64,000 nucleotides of DNA from Vicugna vicugna. Taxonomy: Eukaryota. The stretch spans positions 3,637,003-3,701,002 of the forward strand of contig MU058065.1 of assembly GCA_013265495.1 (NCBI GenBank), given 5' to 3'. Each line of letters begins with the position of its first letter. Positions within the stretch are counted from its first letter, which is position 1. The notes beneath the pieces were generated by a model, which was given only the letters and a program-made list of their open reading frames with translations, was not told the DNA's origin and searched no databases. Positions 51,137 to 64,000 of this stretch are shown piece by piece. The position numbers were made by a program, and so were the translations under genes.

Positions 51137-51729
51137 AACCACATTAGAAAGGAAAAAAAGAAAAACAAATATTTTAAGCTCAGAAAGCACCTGGAGGATG
51201 AAGAATGAAGTGGGAAAGATTGCTCCATAGGGAGTAATTACTTCTCAAAAGTTACAGAATGTTTTAAAATTTGTCAAAATCCTGCTTTATTAACCTTTCC
51301 TTTAATAATTTCCTTGCCCTATTTCTTTTTTGTTCACAGACTTTCTTTGCTAGATTTTTTGTAGCTCTTTCTCAGAAACACCCTGTCCACTGTATTACTG
51401 GTTATTCAATAGTTTGACTGAGGTACAAGGGTTGTGATGTGGCCATACCATGTGGATCTAAGATAAAAGGCCAACCATTCTAGTCTAGGGTCCAGGCTTA
51501 TTTCTAGATGTGCCTGATTTAGATGTTCACCTATACCTGTCACTTTTCTGATTTTAATATTTATTTTTCTCTTGTTTTAATGATTTTATTTTCTGAGAGA
51601 TTTTTGGTTACATCTACAGTGTCCTGACAGCATCCTAAGAAACATCAAGTACAAAGCTGTCTCAATATGTTGTGTGTCTCTCTCCTCTTCCTTTCTTGAC
51701 TTTCCTTGGCTGCATGATATTTAAAGGTT

Positions 51730-52760
51730 GTTGTAGTCAGATTGTTTATGTTGGAATTGACAGAGACCTGAATTTAAAATAACTTAGGCAACAATAAGAA
51801 TTTATTAATTCATGTAACTAGGATGGTTGAGATCAGGTGGATCTTAATTCAGGCAAGGTTTAAGCTAGGGGATTCAAATAAAATTTGAAGTTGAAATGAA
51901 GTTCATTCTCTCTCTCTTTCTCTCCTCTCTCCTTCTCTTCCATCTGTAAGCTCTTTTTACTTATGGATTGGCTTCTGCTCCAGTTACTATTGTCACAAAA
52001 CAAACTGCTCTTGACTTTCCACTACATTCTTTGTGTTCTGTGGGTCACTAATCAGAGTGGGCAGAGCAGGGAGGGCTTTTCTCTGCTTCACAGTGTCTGA
52101 GGCCTCAGCTGGAAAGAATCTGAGTAGTGGCTGGGAGCCAGAGTTGTCTGCAGGCTCATTTGCTCACAAGAATGGTGACTGCTGCTAGCGGTTCACTGGG
52201 ACCTCAGCTGGAGGTGGACATGGACCAAAACACTGACGTGTGTCCTCTTCCTGGGCTGCTTGGGCTTCCTCACAGCGTGGTGGCTGGGTTCCATGAGCAA
52301 GCATCCCAGGAGGGTCAGGTCAACCTGGTTTGCCTTTTATGTCTTAGTCTCAGTGTCATTTCTGCCCTTCCCTGGATTCAAGAGTAGGGAATATAGACCC
52401 CATTGTTTCATAGGAGGCATGTCAAGGAAGGTGATGTGGAACAGGAGACATTTTTGTCGTCATCTTTGCAAAAATATGATCAGTTACAGCTTTATTCTCA
52501 GCCTGACTCTGTCCACATGGTGGTAAAGTTGGGCCACAAGGGCACTAGGCATACTTGGTTCTTACTGCTGGGGAAGCTCAGAAGGAGAAAGGCTCTTTCT
52601 CTCTCCCAATCTCATTGTCAGTCTCAAGAAAAGGGCTGTGATTGGTCAGCCTGGGTCACATGGCCCCCAGTGGCAGAGAGGCAGGGCTGTGTGACTGACA
52701 GAAGATGCTGACAAGGCCACAGGAAAGAGGGATACTGGCTGACAGAAACAACCAATGTTC
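51730..52760 (-). mobile_element. Nested MaLR LTRs (MLT1F/G/H-like ~51965-52490 inside an older MLT1)
   Basis: TGAGGCCTCAGCTGGAAAG..TGGGCTTCCTCACAGCGTGGTGGCTGGGTTCC..CATCTTTGCAAAATA; outer piece TGATTGGTCAGCCTGGGTCACATG. Confidence 0.65.
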
Positions 52761-52989
52761 ATGATAACTGGTTTCTTTAAACACTAAATATTTATATGCT
52801 GTCCCCTCCTTAATCTAAATCAGCTCATGTGTTACCAGGAAGCTCATATTTTCTTTGTGACAGCACTCATCAGACCATATCACAGTTGTTGATTTGCCTT
52901 TTTATCTTCTCTGCTAGAATACAACGTTTGTACGTTCATAACCATGTCTTGTTTGACACTATGTCTATAGTGTTACTCAAATCCTAGAA

Positions 52990-53178
52990 CAGTGGTTCTC
53001 AAAGTATGGTTCCTAAAACAGCAACATTAGCATTATCTGAGGGCTTAGCTAAGCAAATTCTCAGACCTCCGTCCCAGACCTATCGAATTAGAAACTTCAG
53101 GGGCTGGGTGACCAGACCTCTCTCTTTTAACAAGCCCTGCAGGTGATTCTGAAGCAGGCTGAAGAATAAGAACCACTG
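52990..53178 (+). mobile_element. MER5A (hAT-Charlie MITE), full length 189 bp
   Basis: TIRs CAGTGGTTCT / AGAACCACTG; CTAG-centred target flanks; TTTTAACAAGCCCTGCAGGTGATTCTGA body. Confidence 0.88.
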
Positions 53179-53688
53179 TTCTAGGTTCTCAAAAAAGTTT
53201 GTTAACTATTGAATGAACAAAGTGTACCTCCTAGGACTTTCTGTAAAAAAGTCCTCTGGCCAGTGCTAGTTTAGACTGCATATGCATTGAACATTTTTTG
53301 TTTGTTTGGTCAAAAGTGAATGCTTTGCCAGGGAAGACAGTTGTCTATGGCAGAGTTGGAGCCAAAACCTGACACTGAAGCTCTGCCCTTCCAATCAGTA
53401 AATGGGGCAGGGTCTCCCAGGAGTGGGCAGAGGGTGGAGAGCAGACAGGACCCTTCCATGGAGCAGACACTGCTCACAGAGTCAGTTTGCCAGGAACCTC
53501 GAGCTCACTGAAAGCCACGGCAGGAAATACTGCTTGTCCTTACATTTCCATTTTCTTTTCATCATGCTGACATGAATGCAGTATGGCAAAAAGATAACTT
53601 ATTCCAAATAGCACAAGATGTTTCCCCTATGTAGCTCAGCCCCTGTGCCTGCACTTGTGTAGAGACACATGGAGACAAAAGCACATGT

Positions 53689-53775
53689 GGCCAAATTATC
53701 TCCTCGGCTACACATGTACAACTGCTAATGATTTCAATGCGAGTTGCCCGTACTAACCAAGGGTAGGATCTGGCT
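53689..53775. mobile_element. Ancient palindromic MITE-like element (PIF/Harbinger, Chompy-like)
   Basis: GGCCAAATT..CCTCGGCTA..CAACT..TGA-TT-TCA..AGTTG..TAACCAAGG..GATCTGGC, a degenerate 87-bp inverted repeat. Confidence 0.6.
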
Positions 53776-54189
53776 CATGCAATTTAAGTTGAACTAGAGC
53801 CCAATTTGTAATACTTTAGTTGAAAACCAGTGGTGATTATAAGACTAACATGTGATTAAAGCTTCACCTTCAAAATCTGCTGCCCAGAAATTTAAAAAGT
53901 TAAAAAAAATCATTAGGTTTTTTTTTCAACTTGCAGTAAAGAATGAATTGTTAAACTTCCAGCCTAAGAAAAGAATTAAAGTATTCGGGGAAATTGGATA
54001 TTCAGGATGGCTGTTTTTCATTACTCTGCAGCTAATGAAAAAAGTGAGACTTCAAATAGGATTCTGCTCTTCTTGCTTTTATTTCCCCAAAGGACCTCCA
54101 TCACGCTTTTGGAAACCGCATCTATAACTTTTTTCCTGAAGTCATTCTAATCCTAGAAAATATTTTATGAATTTTCAAATTATTATTTT

Positions 54190-54716
54190 TTAGTTACTTA
54201 AAACTTCTCCATTGTGTAATAAAGTACCCACCAAGTGGCTTAGAACAGCTGTTTACTTCGCTCATGATTTTGTGGGACAGGAATTCACGGCAGGCTTACT
54301 TGGCCACTTGTCTCTGCCTCACCCGGCCTGAGCTGGGACAGCAGGGGCTCAAGGGTCCACTTCCAATATGGCTTCTTCACTCACTTTTATGCCACTCTCT
54401 CCCTACGGGGTTCACTCCACATGACTTGGGTGTCACACAGCATGGAAATCTCAGAAAGTTCCCCTTCTTCCTCACTGGCTATCTTCCAAAAGACAGGAAG
54501 TGGACCCTGCCAGGCTAGTTAATGCCTCAGCTAAGACTGGGACAATGCCATTTCCACCATATCTATTGGACAAGGTAGTCACAGGACCCACCCAGACGCA
54601 AGCAGAGGAAAAACAGATTCTGCCTATGATGGGGGAGTGGCAAACTTCCAGAGCAAACACGTATGGGAGATGGGAGATGTCATTGTGATCATCTTTGGAA
54701 AATGTAATCTGCCACA
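54190..54716 (-). mobile_element. MaLR LTR (MLT1H/F-like)
   Basis: GCTCATGATTTTGTGGG..TCCACTTCCAATATGGCTTCTTCACTCAC..CATCTTTGGAAAATGTAATCTGCCACA. Confidence 0.8.
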
Positions 54717-54889
54717 TCCTTAATCCGAATTAGCTTAATGTATGCTTATTTTAATAGCCTTTATAAACTTCTGTATTCAGTTCATGCTACTGTGTTTGGT
54801 GAGCACAAAAACCAAATAGTGTATCATTTTCTCTTGTTAAATATACAGAAACCATTCATTCTTTCCCTCCTCCTCCCTCACAGGCAACT

Positions 54890-55012
54890 TATTTTTTTTT
54901 TTGGTAGTAGAGTCAGTCTATAATGTTGTGTCTATTTCTAGTGTACAGCATAATGTCTCAGTCATACATATACATACATATATGTTTTCACATTCTTTCC
55001 ATTCATTCTTCA
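54890..55012 (-). mobile_element. Short L1 3'-terminal fragment
   Basis: T-run then TATAATGTTGTGTCTATTTCTAGTGTACAGCATAATGTCTCAGTCATACAT; reverse of 11170-11245. Confidence 0.8.
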
Positions 55013-55219
55013 TACAGGAAAATGTGTAGCCATATTTAAGTGATCATTTACAATTATTGATTTAATATAGATTAATATACATTACACTTACTATGTGCTA
55101 TATGGAAATGTGGACAAAAATAAGTAGCGTAAGTTTAGAATCATGGAAGCTGACTGCTTAATCACCCCTGTTACAGATAAGAGGATCTGGTGAGTTTGTC
55201 TAACCAGACACAGCTGATT

Positions 55220-55736
55220 TGTCTCAGTCTGTGTTTCCCCGAAAGCAGACTCTAGGACAAGCACTCGGTCTTAGTTGCTGATTCAGGAAGCGATCCCAGA
55301 AAGTAGATGTGAGGAAGTGGGAAAAGCGACAGGAGAGGAGGAAACCCAATAAAAGGAGAGCCAATGAGTGAGTTACCCATGTGGGCAACTGAGGCTCAGT
55401 CTCACTGGGGACCCATCCCCCTGCAAGAAGCTGCGTGGAATGTATCTCAGAAATGTGCTGCCAGAGGATGGGGAGCCTGGTTAACTTATCCACCAGCCAC
55501 CGTCCTCCCTTGGTTAATGGTTGCCTCTGACTGGGCACTAAACTCCTGCTTGCTGTTGAGCATCTTTGCGATGCCAGAAAAATCCCTGTAGGCAGTGAAG
55601 GGAGATGCTGGTGCTGCAGGTGGGAAGTCAACTGTGTTACACACTGTCCACGATACCTGCTGGTGAACTCAGGAGTCTCGAGGGGATGTGGGGTAAGGTG
55701 TAAACGGCCTCTGCTACATGGATGACGATGGCACAA
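55220..55736 (-). mobile_element. ERVL solo LTR (LTR16-like), TG..CA bounded
   Basis: TGTCTCAGTCTGTGTTTCCCCGAAAGCAGACTC..TGTGGGCAACTGAGGCTCAG..TGGCACA; accounts for ORF 55224..55736. Confidence 0.75.
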
Positions 55737-55774
55737 TTAGTAGAATGGATTTTGAAGGGTCATGATCACTATCA

Positions 55775-56410
55775 TTTGAGGGGCACTTTCTATATTCTAA
55801 GTGCTTTGTATGTATTATTTCATTGAGTCATTAAAACAATCACACGGAATAAATATTAATATTACCTCCTTTTGATTATTTGATGAAGAAACTGGGGCTC
55901 ACAGAGGTTTAGCAAGTTCTCCAAAGTCACTTAGATGGGAAGTGATGGAGTTGAGATGTGGACCTCTACCTTTTGATGCCGTAATCCTTGCTCTTAACCA
56001 TCTGCTCTAAGAACACACGCTATCACTACGATATCTCATCTAGACTCCTGCAGTTGTCTCCCAGCTCTTCTCCCTGATGTCACTCTCGCCTCCCACATAG
56101 GAGTTAGAGTATAACCCAGATATTGTCTGTCTCCTCCACTAGTTTCTCACTGCATTTGGAATTTAATCCAAAGGCCATAGCAAAGCCTACAAGACCCAGC
56201 ATGATTTAAACCTTACCTCTTCAGTTTCAATGCACCACGTTCACTCTAGCACTTTCAGGTCCAGTTGCACTGGCTTGGCTTCCCTTCTGTCCTCTAACAA
56301 CTAAGCTTGTCCCTGCCCTGCTTAGAGTCTTTCCTCCTGGATCTTTGTATAGCTGGCTCCTTCTTATCATTTCAATCTCAGCTAAAGTGTCACCTCCTAA
56401 GAGAAGATTT
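55775..56410. mobile_element. MIR (minus, ~55775-56005) followed by L2 (plus, ~56010-56410)
   Basis: GATGAAGAAACTGGGGCTCACAGAGGTT..AAAGTCAC; TGGCTCCTTCTTATCATTTCAATCTCAGCTAAAGTGTCACCTCCT. Confidence 0.65.
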
Positions 56411-56949
56411 CTGGCTCAAATTATGAACACAACAAATCAGACTTCGGTAAGACTGAACCGTGAGTCTTTGGTGGCTTCCTCTGGCATTATCTAGAGGGGA
56501 ACATAATATGCACATGATTCATGTATGTATGTAGACACACACACATGCATAGATATGCACACATATATATGTACAAGTATATATAGTTAGGTAGAAAGAT
56601 ATAGATGTTTTGTTAATATCTATAACATTTTATATACACACACACACACGTGTTTTATAGATAGATATAGATATTTTGTTGTTTGTCTATAGGAAGTGAC
56701 TTCATTGTTTTGTTTATTTGTCATTGAGCAGCATTTCTGTCCTGGTGTCATCAGCACTAATAAAATTTATAATTAAGTACACAGCAAGATATGTGTGTGT
56801 GTGTATGTGTGTGTGTGTATGAGTGTGTGTGTGTGTACTCAAATCTATAGGAGGAATGATTTAATTCAAGAATAATATACAAGTCCTTCACTGACATCTT
56901 CCATCATATTTTTTATTTTATCCTCACATGTGGACATCCTTGAACTTTT

Positions 56950-57815
56950 ACTTTTTAACAGCTTTTCTGAGGTATGATTTACATGCTATGCAATTCACAC
57001 ACTGTAAGTATACAGTTCAATGATTTTTAGTTAATTTAGACAGTGTACGCCCATCACTACAACCCAGTTTTAGAGCATTTCTATCACCCCATAAATTGTC
57101 CTTGTTAATTCCCATTTTCACAGTGAATTCCCATCTCCACCTCTGGCCCCCGATGGCCACTGATCTGCTTTGTCTCTGTACTTTAGCTTTTCTAGAAATT
57201 TCACACAAACAGAATTTTCCTACACATAGTATTTTGTGTCTGGTTTCTTCCACGTGGCCTCATGTTTTCAGGTTCACCCATGCTGTTGTATGTATCAGTA
57301 GTTTATTCCTTTTTATTGTTTGGATGAACTGAATTTTCATCCCTTCAGCAGTTGATGGACATTTTGACTGTTTCCAGGTGTTAGCTAGCTGCCATAAACA
57401 ATGCTACTAAGAAGATTTGAGTGAAAGCTTTTTCTGGGGACATCTATTTTCACTTCTCTTAAGTAGGTAATTGTAGTAGAATTGTTGGGTGTACAGTAAG
57501 TGCATGTTTAACATTTAGAGAGCTTGCCTGTTTTCCAAAGTGGCCGTATCATTTTACATTTACACCAGCAACCTGAGTGCTTGAGTTTCTCCATTATCTT
57601 CACCAACACATGGTGTGCTGTTAGTCTTTTTGACTATAGCTGTTCTAGTGGATGTGTACTGGCACCATATTGTGGCTTTAATTTTCATTTCCTTAATGAC
57701 TGATGATGTTAAGCATCTTCTCATATGCTTATTAGTTATCTGTGTATCTTCTTTAATGAAATATCTTTTCAAACCCAATTTTTACCTGGTTGTTTGTCTT
57801 ACTAAGTTTTACGTG
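56950..57815 (-). mobile_element. Old L1 3' end (L1MB-like)
   Basis: AACAGCTTTTCTGAGGTATGATTTACAT..TACAGTTCAATGATTTTTAG; minus ORF 57560..57778 FIKEDTQITNKHMRRCLTSSVIKEMKIK is L1 ORF2. Confidence 0.85.
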
Positions 57816-57944
57816 AGTGTAATATTTTAAAAGCTCCTTTGTTTGTAACTTTTCTTTTCAATAGCATCAGAATTGTCCTATGAAGGATGGTGTCATGGTC
57901 AGATAATGTTAATAAACTAAGTGGCCTTGAAGATTATTTTTAGT

Positions 57945-58195
57945 ATTTCCTAAAATGATGTTCTGGGGAGAAATGTCTTAGGAGCTGTTAAAAGGATTCC
58001 CTGGTTAAGAGCTCCTTTGGAGTGCTCTATTTACCTCTCATCTTGAAGGGCCACAATATATATCAGCATATTAAAGGCCCGGAGAAATTCTGCACTAACA
58101 ACATGTTAGCTCTTTAACCGAACATCTCCTAAGCTCACCTGAGCCTAGATCACATCAACAATTAAGTATGATCAGTGAAAGCAACATATCTGTAA
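57945..58195. mobile_element. hAT-Charlie MITE; related copy at ~59150-59430
   Basis: Both copies share CTCATCTTG..CAAT..GAGAA.TT..GCA.TAA..CTTT..TTAAC motif order. Confidence 0.5.
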
Positions 58196-58614
58196 AGCGG
58201 AATTTTTCCAAGCTGTGTTCCATGAACCTATTAATAGATGAAAAGTGAAAAAGAATGTCCAGAGCGTTAAATGATTTGTTCAAGTTAGTGGCAAAGTTGG
58301 TGGGGAGGAACATAGTTTTTTGGACCATCATCTTGGTCCTCTTTCTTCAGTGCTCCCTTGAGCTGCCACCAGCCAGTGTTGACACAAGATGCTTCCGAAG
58401 GACCTCCTCTCTTTCACATCCATTCATTTCCATTGCCTATTATTTTCAAAGGTTAATCTTTAATTTAAAAATCATATGTTTATCTGTGAAGTAGGATTGA
58501 GAAGACCTTAGTCTGAAGCTCCTTTAATAGAACTGATTATAATAGACTCAGAAATTGGGCCTGCCTCTGCTTCCTCTTTTTCTTGCAGGATTTTTTGGTT
58601 TATGATTTCAATAA

Positions 58615-59070
58615 CTACTTATTTATATCCAAGTACGTAACAGGCAATGCCTTAGGGACTAGGAGCATGGCAGTGAACAAAGCATAGTCCCTGTGCTCAT
58701 GTGGTGGGGATGAGGACAGGGACAATGGAGGAACAGGTAGATAGATGAGGTAACCTGGTAGTGATATGTGCTGGAAAGAAAAAATAAACAGGGAACAGGG
58801 AAAAGGAATAATAATAATAGGTGGATGATTTTAGTAGAGCCTTGGATGAAAGGGAGGAGATAGTCATGTGAGTGACTATCTTTGGGTAGAAGGTTTAAAG
58901 CATGTGAAAGGGAATTACAAAATCCCAAACCCAGGGTGGGCTCAGTGCCTTTGAGGGAGGCTAAGAGGAGGGAGTGAGAGGGAGACTGGAGGAAATGAAT
59001 GAGACTGGGTGGGTCACTAGAGCCGGAATAAAGATACAAAGAATTATAAGGTGCACCTGCTGCCCCCAAA
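58615..59070 (-). mobile_element. L2 3' region
   Basis: GGCAGTGAACAAAGCATAGTCCCTGTGCTCATG..TATCTTTGGGTAGAAGGTTT. Confidence 0.6.
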
Positions 59071-62000
59071 GAGTTTATAATCCTGGAGGGTTGGATGGGC
59101 ATTGTTTAAAAACATGAACACACACTCTATGATTGAATTCAACTAAAAAAAAATCTGTTTTTCAACATGGAGGTTTCATGATACTGATTAATAGTTGCTC
59201 AAAAAAAAAAAGGTGGGGTAGGAAGGCAATTTCTAGATAATTTTGGGAACTGCATGCTATACACTCATCTTGGAGATTTGCAATGTACACACACTTAGAG
59301 ATGGTTCTGAGAATTTCAGCAATAAACTTTGTTTAACTCAACATATACCCAAATATTTTATTATTGAAATATTTTCCTTCTTATAGAATGCTCACCAACA
59401 TCCTGAGAGATTATAGTATGAGGTAATCTATTTCATAAATTAATAACTCTCTCCTTAGATGATCATAATTTTCAGGAACTGGTTCCTCTAGTTTCCAGTA
59501 GACATATTCTGTTCTGTTCACAGAAGTTGTTGAATGCAGCACTTTTGATATACACTAAGTCCATGGGACTAAAAGGGTACAATTAGGAGTTTTAAAAGCT
59601 TCACCTTTACTTAAAACTGGTACTTTTTACTTTGAAGTATTCCCCATGTCAGCTGTAATGATTGGACTTAATAAAGATGAGACATATACAGTCTTATGAG
59701 GTCCTGGATAGCTCCCCTAGAGTCCAGTCTTCTGATTTATGACTCTTCTGAAACATAATCATTAAAAAGCCCATCGTGAAAAAATTGTTAAAATGCTAGA
59801 TAAATTCCACTGTGGATATCAGATGAGAAATGTACCCTCTATGAATGATATATTTTAAGACACACAAAAAATGGAATTCATATGAAACATAATATGCTTC
59901 AGATTGAAATAATCCCTGATTTGTTCAGGACCATAAACACAAATGCAGGCATATTTATGCACACAAAACTGTGAGGCTTGGCACACTGCTCCCATCCATG
60001 ATGGCTCTTCTGAAAATGACAATAAAGTCCACCTATTCGACTCCCTTTAGACTTTCTGCAAGTGTAAGGCAGGTTAATGAATGCCTTTAACATGTGACTT
60101 TTGGAAACTGGCCTCATTAACTTGAACCCCACATTAGAGGAAACACAGCAACTCAAAACAAATTTGTCAGGAAAAGCAGAGAAATGAAGAAAGGCCAGTT
60201 ACCCAAGTCAACGTCCTGCTTCCTTTCACAAGTACCCCTTCCTTGGGCATGTGGTATTGTCAGTGTGCGGTCTCTGCCTGGGATATTCTGGAAATAATGC
60301 TTGTAAACAATTGGGCTTTCATACTGGAGGCCTTGTGGAGGGTGTGCCTTCATCCAGGTGACAGTGTGGGTGCTTTTTCTGAAGTCCTGCAGCAGAAAGA
60401 GCACCGTCCTGGGAGGGAGGAGATTTGGATATTCAATGAGACACTGGGTTAAGTTGCTGTGTAAAATTAGGAAACCATACCTTCTCTCCCATCTTCAGTT
60501 TTCTTCTCTAAAGAGAACTTTTGAATTCTGAAAGCTCTGTGACCCTACATTTCTCATGCCAAAATTATTTTTTCAGGTTACTGATCCTTTAAATGGCTTA
60601 AAGTCCAAGTAAATAAAAATAATGAAGAAATTCAGTGTTGACCAATGTTTCATTTTTTTTATATTCAATGCTGAATCTTTTTGAACCAGAAACCAAAACT
60701 CTCAAATTATTATTTCACTATTTCTCCTGCTCCACTTTAAAACCTTATAGGAATGCAAGAGTGTGTACTCTTAGGTATGTATCCACCTCCTTGTGCTTTT
60801 TGGATAGTCTGTCTCCTAGCTCTCAGTGGGACCCAGGGATGGTTTACTGCTCCCATTTCTTCCAAATTAGGGCCACATGGCCTTCTCACTAAATTTCTGT
60901 TAGAGGAAAATTGGATTTTAATCTATGAAAGTTAATTGCCATCAAGGCTGATCTGTTCTTCTACTGAAATCACAGTCCACTTTTCTTAGTTTCAACCTTT
61001 CCAAAAAGCCAGCCTACTCTAATTAGAAGGTAGGACCTCTGTGCCTGAAATGCCTGTGTTCCTTGACTTAATCTGTTACTTCCTCACTTCTTCCTGATTG
61101 CTTCTATGTCTATAACTTTCCCCAACATCTACATTTGTATTTTCACATTCTCTGTGTGTGTGAGAGAGAAAGAGAACCAGCAGTAGCATCCTCTGCTCCC
61201 CAGAGTCAGTTTCATGACCCTCTTATCTGAAACACTGAGGTTAAACATCCAGGTGGAGAGGGACCATGATGGGAGGCTGGATGACAGGTTAAATCATTTT
61301 ATCATGAACATCAAAGAGTTCTCCCAGTTCTTTGGCTGCTTTGCAATTTTGTTTTACTGCTCCTTGACTTCTTCTTTTTTTTTTTTCTGTTTTCATAATT
61401 CTGTTTTAATTGTGTTGGAAATTTCTCAGTGAGTCCACTGCCAGCCTTTCGGACATCGAGGCTGTAGTCAGGTCTTTAGGACAAGGAAAAATCTCTTGTA
61501 ATGTTCATAAACTTGTTGATGTTAAGGTGGGAACCTCCTTTTGCATTCCCTCCTGTTTCCCTGCTGTGGGAGCTATGGGTTGGAGGAAATCCTATTGCTC
61601 ACCACTTTCACTTGTCACCAGGGCATAAAGAAGCACTTTCTGATGGGTTAGTTTGGGAGAAAGAACATAATACAGCCCTTTCCTCCCCGCTCTCTGTTTT
61701 TCTATCTCTGTCTCTCCCTTTCAGATATGTATCACACTGCAGAGGTAGTGAATCCTGGTCTAATGCTGGCTGGGAGGTTTGCATTTGTCCAGCTTCAGAC
61801 ACCGGAGAAATGGACAAACCTGTGAAATTCAAAGGTGAAGTATCAACACTTCAGTCATAACTTTAAAGCCATACCCACTCATCTATCCTTGCTTCCTTCT
61901 TCTCCTTTTTCTTAAGTAATAAACCTTAAATTTTGGTTTCCAAGTATCTGATTCTAATGTCTTTCTCTCAATTTTCTTTGAACTCTGGAGAGATGCTTGG

Positions 62001-63734
62001 CCCTCAGTCGCTTTCAGTTTGGAGACCACTGACATATTCTGCTCTTACAATTTCCACTTTTTGGAAAGTTTCACAAGACTGAAAGAAACTTCCAGAAACT
62101 TTTTGCAAATAGAAACTAGATTATCCTTTCAGAACCAATTAAGACAAACAACGGTGACACTAGAGAAGTTTACTTAGCAACACAACAATCATCAAGCTGG
62201 AATGATTTAATCATCTCCACCGAAAATGGAAATGAGAATAATGACCCAGCCTCAATTTTCAGAAATGTTTAAGTGCATAAACACATGTCTTTTGGGGCTG
62301 CAGTTTTCCAGCAATCTTTTTCTCTTTCTTACCCACCTGTGCAACAGTAGGGATTAGTCGAAAACTTTCAATTACACATCATACCCCATGCATGCCGTGT
62401 GGGAAATGCACCATATAAAAAACACAATTTCTAGCTTTCCAAACAGACATGAAAAGGGATATTACACAGGGTGGTTCTGGAGTGGACATAATGGTTACGG
62501 ATGCACGGAGAATTGCGGATGCTGAAATGAACAGAGAGAAAACCGGCTTGGGACGAGTGAGAAAGGGTTTTGGAGGTGGTCCTTGAATGGCCGGCTGGTT
62601 GAGTGAGGCATTCTGTAATACTCTTCCATGAGTTCCTCCCATAATGTGTACTGATTTTTGGTTTTAAATATTTGGCTTTCAGCGGCAAAAAGAAATTTCT
62701 ATACAGTATTGTGCTTCAGTGATACTGAGGTTGTTTGACCCCTAAGGAAAAATGGCAGCTAATAAAGATCTCCTAGAAGAAGCTTTTCCTGTGAAGCTGT
62801 AAGTTGACTTGAAAAGTCTAACCATCATTAAGTTGGAACCATTTTGGAGATAGAAGTGCAGTATTTTCAGAAATTTTACTTGGTTTTCAAATATTTCAAC
62901 ATTTCTTTCAATTATGAAGATACGTAAGAATGGAAAGAGTTTCCAAAAGCCTTGGATTTTCTCATAAATATTTCACATGGCAACAGCATATTTTTCTTTC
63001 TCTGGGGCTCCTGGCAAAACTTTTCAGTCCCTAGAAAATAAAGGGGAGGCTAAAAATATTGCGGTAATGCCTTCTCTGGCTGTGTAGGTCGATGAGTCCT
63101 AATCCAGGCCATTTCTGATAGCAGGAGCCCCCAGATGAATGTCTTTTTGGTTGGAGATTGAATTTTCATCCCTTGATCTGGCACCTCCCAGTCTGCTGGC
63201 TGGGACTCTTTCCTGTGCACCTGCAAGAATGCTCAAGGAAGCAATTCACAGTTGTTCTTGGACTTCTTGGAGAATTCACAACAGCCTGACTTTAAAAACA
63301 TGGATGCTGGAGCACTGCCTGATTGTGCAATGTTTTTGAGGTGTTATGATATGCTTTGCAAGGCCTACATTTTAGACACAGAAATAAACATTTTGAAATT
63401 GAGCAGTTCATAGGTAGAAAGCAGATATTTGAAAAACTGTAATAAAAAGTTAAAAGTAAGTGGATGTGTTGGGAATTATATCTTAGACTGTCTTCTTTTA
63501 TGATTTGCAAAAAAATAAAAATAGAAGGCTTAAGAGAAAAGCAGTGCAAATGCATTTATACAGTTTTTCCAGCAGATGTCTTTACAGTCAATTCAACTTA
63601 AATAAAGTCATGCATGTTTGATTGAAAAATAGTTCAGTACACCTGGGAAGGATGTGTTCTTCCTAGGAGTACGTATCTTTGGGAGAGGTGCACATGGGAC
63701 AGAGGAGGGAGAAGGTGATAATCATCTGCAGTGA

Positions 63735-64000
63735 GACAATCATTGGTGTGGACGGCTTGGCTGATTGGCTCCCCAACACCCACTTCACCTCTCCCCCACT
63801 GTATAGCTGCATTTAGTTTGTGTGGTGTTGATCCTCAGCTCTAGCTTATTGGCTGGACCTTGAAGGGCATGACCCTAGAGTAATTCTGCCCCATTGACTG
63901 CTACAGTGAGTGGCTCACAAGTGAGCATGTGGTCAGTAGAGTGAAGTTTAGGTCTTTTGTTTAACAGTTGCAGAACCAGAAGCATTCTTTCTTCTAAATG
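63735..64000 (+). mobile_element. Old MaLR LTR fragment (MLT1-type)
   Basis: GGCTCCCCAACACCCACTTC..GCTACAGTGAGTGGCTCACAAGTGAGCATGTG. Confidence 0.4.

Noticed and set aside
52983..53185. 17-bp inverted repeats
   Set aside because: These are the MER5A TIRs plus its quasi-palindromic target site.
55224..55736. 170-aa ORF
   Set aside because: Coincides with an LTR16-like solo LTR.
61200..61560. Purine-rich minus-strand stretch suggesting a decayed coding relic
   Set aside because: All minus frames have stops and I could not assign a family; BLASTX would be needed.
61725..61834. Strong polypyrimidine acceptor followed by an open ~110-nt segment
   Set aside because: Weak donor (AAG|GTGAAG) and unrecognised peptide.
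1..64000. CRISPR arrays, operons or other prokaryotic systems; intact tRNA or rRNA genes
   Set aside because: The sequence is mammalian; there is no repeat-spacer array, and the tRNA-like motifs belong to SINEs.

Overview
Mammalian non-coding (intergenic or deep-intronic) DNA, most likely camelid: three copies of a tRNA-derived SINE resemble Vic-1, and several young L1 3' ends share a lineage-type 3'UTR. I recognise no protein-coding gene. Every ORF with a recognisable product is an L1 ORF2 fragment, plus one decayed CR1/L3 ORF2 relic that the ORF track misses. Much of the window is interspersed repeat: L1 of several ages, L2, MIR, CR1, MLT1 and LTR16-type LTRs, and hAT-Charlie MITEs. I found no convincing new biological system. 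The notable signals are mechanistic fossils of L1-driven insertion (a tailless U6 retrocopy, a SINE-L1 fusion inside one TSD, a short 3' transduction, a poly(A)-only insertion, an internally primed L1 with a 9-nt micro-inversion, and old L1 pieces captured inside a younger L1), a 121-bp local duplication, an ancient palindromic MITE-like element, a CpG-rich LTR-adjacent candidate first exon, and a Hox/Pbx/Meis motif cluster. Repeat family names come from remembered consensus sequences, not a search, and boundaries of old repeats are approximate.
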